A DNA stretch of 64,000 bases from Porphyridium purpureum (Eukaryota): assembly GCA_008690995.1 (NCBI GenBank), contig VRMN01000010.1, forward strand, positions 310,001 through 374,000, given 5' to 3'. Position numbers and translations under genes: made by a program. How positions within the stretch are numbered: the stretch's first letter is position 1; each line of letters opens with the position of its first letter. The notes under the pieces were generated by a model, which was not told the DNA's origin, did not search any database, and saw only the letters and a program-made list of their open reading frames with translations. Shown in pieces: positions 48,248-54,863 of the stretch.

Positions 48248-50845
48248 ATGGAGAGCCGGTCGACAGATTTCGCGTGCACGCAGAGAACAACGCAAGGTGG
48301 GCTTAGCGCATCGGATGCCGGCGAGTTGGGCGCCGTGTTCCAGGCAGCAATCAACATTGAGGAGATCGCGCGATGGCCTGATGAAGATGTGAAGTTCCTT
48401 GGACTAAACACCGAGCGGGTGGACGATGGACGCGCGCCTGCATTCAAGGCGCAGTTTATGGCTGGGCTGAGAGAGAAGGATAGTCATGCTCACGCAATCA
48501 TCGAGGCGGCGCTCAAAAACCATCAGGTGCGTCTTGGCATTGATTTGGAGGCGGCTTATGGGCATACTTGGTTCTACATTCACGTAACAGGTGTCTCGGA
48601 CGCCTCTCTGATCAAGCTCGCTCACGCCTATGGCTTTCCTCGAGGCTTCTGCTTCGTGTCTGTGGACGAGCCGAGTCACGTTGTTGGCAGTGTCGGCTTT
48701 CTGCCCAAGTTTTCAAATGACGAACGCCAGTCAGCGATCGATGCAAATTCTTTCAGGCACGTCACGCGGCTCGAATTTGCGGAGAAGATGTCTGGCTCAC
48801 TTGGTATGCTCGCTGCAATCGAGGTCAACCACATTGCATATCTTTTCTTCTCAGCTAAGAACTCATGCGGCAAATATAGCCGCGAGTTTGCGCGTCTCTT
48901 TTCTGAATGGACTAGGACGCAAAGTGTTTCCCTGCCGAAATTGTGGTCGGCGCTCTTCGAGGAAAACCTGAAGGTCTGCTTCGAGGTCTGTTACAAGTCA
49001 GGCAGCTTTGGCTACCACGGAGCACGGTACAAAACTGAGTTCCCTGTTGCTATTGCAATCGGCAACCCGACTCCACGGGGCGAGACGCTCTTCGCGTGGC
49101 GAACGGCCCAAGAAGCGCAGGCATTTTTCGTCGAGCACAACTTGGCATGCGGTCCGCGCTTTGTGATCGAGGACAAAGAGGCCATTGTGCCGTTTATGCT
49201 GCGTCTCAACGCAGCGCGCGACATGATCGATGCAGTGCAACTGATGCATCTGATCCAGGAATCAAAGGCAGTGCGGGTCATCCCTGGTACGATTGATCAT
49301 GTGCAGTTGACGACCGTTCTCGAGGGACTCGTGCTGTGGATATTCGAGGATGCCAAAGCAAGAATTGTGAAGTTCAAATTCCCAAACTACACCATCATGA
49401 CAATGCTGCTGCGACCACTACTCACGACTGAAAAGCTCGACAAGGCGCCGACCGTACTTCCTGCGGTCTCCCTGGAAGGAGCTGTGCTAGTTCAAGTTTC
49501 GATGGCGATCAACAATTTTGTGGATCGATGGGTCGTTGATCCTAGCAAGCGCGACCATTTCCGCAGCATGGCAGTGCATATTTTGGAGTTTGTCGCTCAA
49601 ATGTCGCCGGAGACGACGATTGACGCCACCAACTACCTCGACCTCGTTGAGCCGCAAAAGCAGGACTTTCAGGACGCCCCAAAGAAGGTAAAATTGGACA
49701 AATATCTTGGCCAGCATGCGAATCTTCTACTTGTCGTTGGCCCGGTAGGTGCAGGCAAGTCAACGCTCCGCAAGTGGCTCCAGAAGGAATTTGGTCTGCC
49801 CGGGCAAGGATTCGACGAGTGCGAGGAGAATTTTCACCCGCGGTCATTCAAAAATACAAAGCTGTGGGGTACGATTGCCTACCTAATTGCTTGTGGGCAG
49901 ACCCCAGTCATTGAGAACGGTGGTGGAGCGTTCATCGGTGACAACGACGCAGAAGCTACTTTTGAACAGGCACTTTCCCGGCATCTTCTCGAGCCCGTGC
50001 GTTTCCAGCCGATCATTCTCATTCCAGACGAACTTCGTCAAGCGTTGGCGGACAACGAAGAACTCGACGCAGTCCTTCATGCCTTTCAGGAACGGACTGA
50101 GCAAGTCGTCAAGATGCGTCGCGATCAGTTGGGCATGTACCAGACCATGGACGACGAGACACTGAGAGAGACATTCTACGGCGCGAATGGCGTCACCACT
50201 CGAAACTTTGCTTCAATGGTTAGAATGGTCAGGCTTGCGCGACAGTCACAATGGCAGGTGATTGGCTATAAACGTGCAGACAAAGGGCAGTTTGGCCTGT
50301 CGGAGCCTCCACGTATCGCTCCGCATCGACCGCTCCGTGCAACGCCGATTACATACGGCTGGAACCTGTCGTACGTTGTAGAAGAGATGCCTGCCCCGAT
50401 ACGTAGCAAGAAAGATCAGGACTGTGACGCCCTTCCGCAGTGTCCTATTATGGTGACCAAGAATGTGCACGCCACAATGGGCTACAACGTTGACCGCGTG
50501 CCAGATGACATCGAACGGCCACAGTTTCCGGACGACCAAATTCCGGCTGTCTGCGTGACTTTCACAATCAAAGGTGGGCAGAGGCGTGGCGGGACGGGTG
50601 AGATCATTGTTCTCCCAGAATCGTTTCCTCGTCGCAGAGACGGCATCACGCCGCACTGCACGTGCTTCACCCCGATCGCCGCGTCGCGCTCTGGTCGCAT
50701 CCTGGAGCTGGATCCTGTAAACCCGCAGCTCGACCCCGAGGCAGATGCAGACCTACTCGGCATTTCGTTTGCAGAGACTCGACGGCCAATAACGCTCACA
50801 CTCGGTGATCTCTACGCCTACTGTCTTGCTCAAAACCTCCCGTAA
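48248..50845 (+). CDS. Trifunctional RNA ligase: adenylyltransferase + polynucleotide kinase + 2H cyclic phosphodiesterase (Trl1/plant RNL-type tRNA ligase-like)
   Basis: Motif I EKMSGSL, Ia SAKNS, III CFEVC...GYHG, IV DH....VLEGLVL, V IVKFK; P-loop VGPVGAGKST followed by GFDE; two HxT motifs (VHAT, PHCT) at the C-terminus. Confidence 0.8.
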   Translation: MESRSTDFACTQRTTQGGLSASDAGELGAVFQAAINIEEIARWPDEDVKFLGLNTERVDDGRAPAFKAQFMAGLREKDSHAHAIIEAALKNHQVRLGIDLEAAYGHTWFYIHVTGVSDASLIKLAHAYGFPRGFCFVSVDEPSHVVGSVGFLPKFSNDERQSAIDANSFRHVTRLEFAEKMSGSLGMLAAIEVNHIAYLFFSAKNSCGKYSREFARLFSEWTRTQSVSLPKLWSALFEENLKVCFEVCYKSGSFGYHGARYKTEFPVAIAIGNPTPRGETLFAWRTAQEAQAFFVEHNLACGPRFVIEDKEAIVPFMLRLNAARDMIDAVQLMHLIQESKAVRVIPGTIDHVQLTTVLEGLVLWIFEDAKARIVKFKFPNYTIMTMLLRPLLTTEKLDKAPTVLPAVSLEGAVLVQVSMAINNFVDRWVVDPSKRDHFRSMAVHILEFVAQMSPETTIDATNYLDLVEPQKQDFQDAPKKVKLDKYLGQHANLLLVVGPVGAGKSTLRKWLQKEFGLPGQGFDECEENFHPRSFKNTKLWGTIAYLIACGQTPVIENGGGAFIGDNDAEATFEQALSRHLLEPVRFQPIILIPDELRQALADNEELDAVLHAFQERTEQVVKMRRDQLGMYQTMDDETLRETFYGANGVTTRNFASMVRMVRLARQSQWQVIGYKRADKGQFGLSEPPRIAPHRPLRATPITYGWNLSYVVEEMPAPIRSKKDQDCDALPQCPIMVTKNVHATMGYNVDRVPDDIERPQFPDDQIPAVCVTFTIKGGQRRGGTGEIIVLPESFPRRRDGITPHCTCFTPIAASRSGRILELDPVNPQLDPEADADLLGISFAETRRPITLTLGDLYAYCLAQNLP

Positions 50846-51355
50846 GCAGGTCGAGTCGCGGATCGCATCTCGCTCAATCATTGCGCCCTCTCACGCTTCG
50901 ACGAACTGCGCTTGGTCGTCTGCCGTCCGACGGACTGCTTCGGTTGAAAGCCATGTTTCTGTTTGGTTTCTCTCTGATGAGGATGCGCAGTAATGTAGGT
51001 AAATGCTGAACTCAGCAATTCGAAAACCATGAGACTTTCTTCCTCAACTTTGCTCCCCCTTTCACCTTTTTTTTTTTTTTTTATGCACGAGGCCTAGGAC
51101 GACACGTCGAGCCGCCTCGTGTTGTGTGGATGCACGTGGCGGGCGAGTGAGAACGAGAGAATGATGCAAGAACAGTGCACGAGATTCATCTAGAATCTGC
51201 GCAAATGCAACACCGATGTGCTGCTAGAAGCTCTCTTCTCAGGAGTATTCTTGTGGATGAAAGGCTTGCATCGTCTCTGCTTTACATTGGAGGTAAATTG
51301 ATACCAATTCCGAGTTGGGACTCACAAGTGACTCGGCTGCGAGTCGCAGGGAAGA

Positions 51356-52066
51356 ATGCTTTTGCGGCTGGCACGACATCGTTTCTTGACGCATCGGTCA
51401 CTCCACGACATCCGCGTCGCGGTCGCGACTGGAGTATCGGCGTTGACCCCGGCTGGGTACGTCCACACGTGCGCAGTGGCGCCGAAGGCAAAGACGCTCG
51501 AAGCGGAAGACGACGACGGACCGCGCGTGGGCCCTGGCGGCGCTGTGAAGTGGTCGCATTTGGCTCCTGAAGGAGTGGAAGATGACGACGAGGACGAGCT
51601 GCCTGGCCCGTTCTACGCGATTCGGCATGGGCGTGACAAGTTCCGCGGCGTCGTTGTGCGACCGAAGGAGCATATTGCTCTCATCCAGGGAGTGAAGGAT
51701 TCGTACGGACGCAAGGAAGAGACGCTGGAAAAGGCCATCCGCTCTTATCAGCATCACAGTGACCAATCGTGGCGACGATTCTTCGCCTTCCGGCTCGGCG
51801 GCGCTGAAGGTGTGTCAAGAGGCATTGTCGTGACGCAGCCGACTTGGAAGCTGATAGCAAAGCGCGTAGAGTCGCGGACGCTCGAAAAGGTAGAGTTCAA
51901 CAACATGACTCAAGCGCTGGTGTTCTGCGAACAGGCCGGGACACCGGGCACCGACTGGCACACCCTGGAACGCGCGATCCGGTTTCTAGCGAGGAAACCC
52001 GAGTTGAGTACTCCCGACATGATGGACAAGTACATCATGCGGATTTCCGACTTGTGCCTGTTCTAG
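51356..52066 (+). CDS. Double-HBD family member 22
   Basis: MLLRLARHRF...GYVHTCAVA; GPFYAIRHGRDKFRGVV; FFAFRLGGAEGVSRG; NMTQALVFCEQAGT..DW. Confidence 0.87.
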   Translation: MLLRLARHRFLTHRSLHDIRVAVATGVSALTPAGYVHTCAVAPKAKTLEAEDDDGPRVGPGGAVKWSHLAPEGVEDDDEDELPGPFYAIRHGRDKFRGVVVRPKEHIALIQGVKDSYGRKEETLEKAIRSYQHHSDQSWRRFFAFRLGGAEGVSRGIVVTQPTWKLIAKRVESRTLEKVEFNNMTQALVFCEQAGTPGTDWHTLERAIRFLARKPELSTPDMMDKYIMRISDLCLF

Positions 52067-52296
52067 CGCTGCCGCGCCCAGCCTTTCATCGTTCGCTTCT
52101 GTCCGGAACCCAGTAAACACCTTTGTAGCGCGCTCAACGTTGACCTTCCGACCCGTCTTCAACTCTGACGACGAACGCGCGAGAGACTAGAGTGGGACGT
52201 CCCTGGCGACGACCGAGTTTGGGTGTCGACGGAACCAGCGATCCAACGATTTCGGAGAAAGAAGAACGCGGTGAAGCTCCTCGCGCCTGAGCGAGC

Positions 52297-54735
52297 ATGA
52301 CCCGATGGCCAGTCGGATCGAGATGGATACAGCGACCCATCATCATGACACACCGCGCGGTGCACGCAATCGCGTTGCCGAGTGGCTGGCTGCGAGGCAT
52401 GCACTCTTGTGCATTGGCTCTGAAACGAGCGACAAATGGAGCCGTACAGGAGGAAGGGCAAACGCCACATCAGCACATGGATTGGGCCTCTGAATTCGGA
52501 CGCGCCGTGGATGAGGATGGCAAGTCGTCCTCAAGCAGCGACACGGACACGGAGCTGACGACAGGCGGCTCGTCGACCAGGCTGAACAGCAGGCGTGATG
52601 AAGACACCGACGGTTTCCACGGCGAGCAGACAGATGGCCAGCTTGCAGGCAAGAATGTTGAAACAATTGGCGATGATACATCGCATGTAGCCGATGGCGA
52701 TGGCGACGTTGACACGAATACGTTGGCGGCGGGTCCGTTCTATGCCATTCGGTATGGGCGCAACTCATTTCGAGGCGTCGTAAAGGACGTCAACGTTTTT
52801 CTCGAATTGATCCGAGGAGAGAGAAAAACAAGGGTGAAGGCTGGGCTGCAGCCGTCGCTGGAAAGGGCGATGGAGTTCTGTCTCATGGGTCGTCCTGATG
52901 CACCATTGGGGAGTTCTTTTTTCGCGTTTCGCTATGGGAAGAAAGGCGCGCGAGGAATCACAATCACCGAGCGCATGTTTAAAACGATTCTCCCTCGCAT
53001 CGAAGCGCCATCGCTGGAAGTATTTCGGTTCAATAACACAATGCAACCGCTTGTTTTCTGCGAGCAGGCAGGAACCTCGCAAACGGATTGGAAGTCACTG
53101 CGAGCATCGATCTTATTTCTGGCAAAGCCCGAGCCCAAGGTTCCCATTCCCAAATTGCTGTACAAGTACGTGATTAAGAAAGAAACCACCCAACTGCAGA
53201 AAGGACCACCCAATCCTGCTGGTCCCAAGCCTGCGGATACAGAGCATCAGCCTACTACTACGGAAGACACGGCGACCAGCGCGACATCGGCAAATATCGG
53301 CCTTGAAGATGAATCTTTTGTCGAGGCCGTGAATGCATTGGTGGGTGACGTGAGGCAGTTTGCCCAAAGGCTCGATGCCGAAGCGTTGGATCATGTGCTC
53401 GAGATTGTAGGAAAACTGCGCGGCACTGTTGGTGACTTCACAGCTGTCGCGGAACAAGCACTGGAAAAAAGACTGCAGCTCGCAGATGCAAATGTCAGAG
53501 CGCCTATTCCCGTGCACGAGGAAAGTCCGCTAGACCGTGGCTCAGTCGACTCGGACAAGCTTGTGCATGTTGAAAGCCCAAAACCCCTGCTCGTAAGCAG
53601 TGCGAAGCACATTGATGCTTATATTGAAGGCTCTTATGTCGAGTATCCCGACGCGGAGCACAATGCGGTCGCAAAGCTTCGTGTCGCGTATCATTTTGGC
53701 GACATGAGTTCGTCAATCCAGTATCATGTCGGTGAGAAAGCTTTTCGTCTGTTCCAGTCGAGCGACGATGTGCAGACCACTGAGGATCTCGTGGAGCTCG
53801 AAGCACTCGTGCAAGCTCTGAATTATTTCATCGTGCGCTTTTTCGACACTCCCGAGGAGCATGCAATGAAGAGTATGACCTTGAAATCGCGCAGCATGTA
53901 TTGCATTTCCCGGTGCAATGAATTCATTCCAAGGTGGCGACAAGATCGCTGGCGTTTGACGGCTGCTATGCAACATATGGCGCTCTGGTCAGCTTTTGAT
54001 GCCCGGCTGATGTTCGTGGAAGCTTTTTCAACTGTGAAATTTGAGTTGTGGGTCGATGGCGAGCCTGAAACTGACATCAAATCATCGTCTGGGCGTGCAG
54101 CAGGTCCTCGAGTAGGACCTGCCAGCCTTCATGCGTCATCGGGCGGTCAAGGAATGGAACACGAAATGAAAGTGAGTCTTGAGGACGACAACTCGAGCTT
54201 GAGAAGAGCTTGGAGCGTGGGACAACCTGGGCATATTGACAAGGTGCTTGTGGACACAAGGTTCGACGAACACGGGAGGCTAATGGTCCGAGTGTTTTTC
54301 GGTGACGGCGATCCTCGCAACGTTTGCGCGACGTGTTCACTACTACTGTCAGAAGCTTGGAATAAGCGCAAAGCCAGCATGTTCGCGTTAGCGTGCGGCT
54401 TGGACCAAATCTTGCGTCACACATTGGTCAGTTCTCACTCGGCTTTTGCAAAGCAGAGCGATGTGGTCGTCTGTGCGAAGGGTTTGAAAGCTGAAGACGT
54501 AGAATCACATTTGAGAGAGCTATCAACGAGCTTCCCTGCTTTGCGTGTAGCCCTGTCTCTTCGCCTAAGGCTGCTGAAGAAGTTGCGAGGTATCGAGGTG
54601 CTCGAGTTTACAGACCAAGAGAGCGAAATAACAATATCGAACGTGCAGAACGAACGCGTGGTGAGCACGATCCTGTCACAGCTGCGGAGCAGCAAAAGAC
54701 TCGAACTTGACCGTAAGATCCTCGTTGCCATGTAA
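52297..54735 (+). CDS. Double-HBD family member 23: presequence + module + RNase H-like A + degenerate B
   Basis: RGMHSCALALK; module; A: HIDAYIEG, ELEALVQAL, SRSMYC, RWRQDRW; B: VLVDTR, VFFGDGDPRNV, ACGLDQILRHTL. Confidence 0.85.
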   Translation: MTRWPVGSRWIQRPIIMTHRAVHAIALPSGWLRGMHSCALALKRATNGAVQEEGQTPHQHMDWASEFGRAVDEDGKSSSSSDTDTELTTGGSSTRLNSRRDEDTDGFHGEQTDGQLAGKNVETIGDDTSHVADGDGDVDTNTLAAGPFYAIRYGRNSFRGVVKDVNVFLELIRGERKTRVKAGLQPSLERAMEFCLMGRPDAPLGSSFFAFRYGKKGARGITITERMFKTILPRIEAPSLEVFRFNNTMQPLVFCEQAGTSQTDWKSLRASILFLAKPEPKVPIPKLLYKYVIKKETTQLQKGPPNPAGPKPADTEHQPTTTEDTATSATSANIGLEDESFVEAVNALVGDVRQFAQRLDAEALDHVLEIVGKLRGTVGDFTAVAEQALEKRLQLADANVRAPIPVHEESPLDRGSVDSDKLVHVESPKPLLVSSAKHIDAYIEGSYVEYPDAEHNAVAKLRVAYHFGDMSSSIQYHVGEKAFRLFQSSDDVQTTEDLVELEALVQALNYFIVRFFDTPEEHAMKSMTLKSRSMYCISRCNEFIPRWRQDRWRLTAAMQHMALWSAFDARLMFVEAFSTVKFELWVDGEPETDIKSSSGRAAGPRVGPASLHASSGGQGMEHEMKVSLEDDNSSLRRAWSVGQPGHIDKVLVDTRFDEHGRLMVRVFFGDGDPRNVCATCSLLLSEAWNKRKASMFALACGLDQILRHTLVSSHSAFAKQSDVVVCAKGLKAEDVESHLRELSTSFPALRVALSLRLRLLKKLRGIEVLEFTDQESEITISNVQNERVVSTILSQLRSSKRLELDRKILVAM

Positions 54736-54863
54736 TCTAGGTGCGCGCGCTGTGTGGAAACCGAGCTTCATCCGTAGTCCACCACGACGGAACAAGACGG
54801 GTTCCCTGAGCTCATGACAATCATTCGAGCATCATAAAGTAAAAACCGCGCGACTTGCTGGAG

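Noticed and set aside
51067..51082. T16 run after the ligase gene as a retrocopy poly(A) tail
   Set aside because: Wrong strand for a + strand gene, and no target-site duplication recognised
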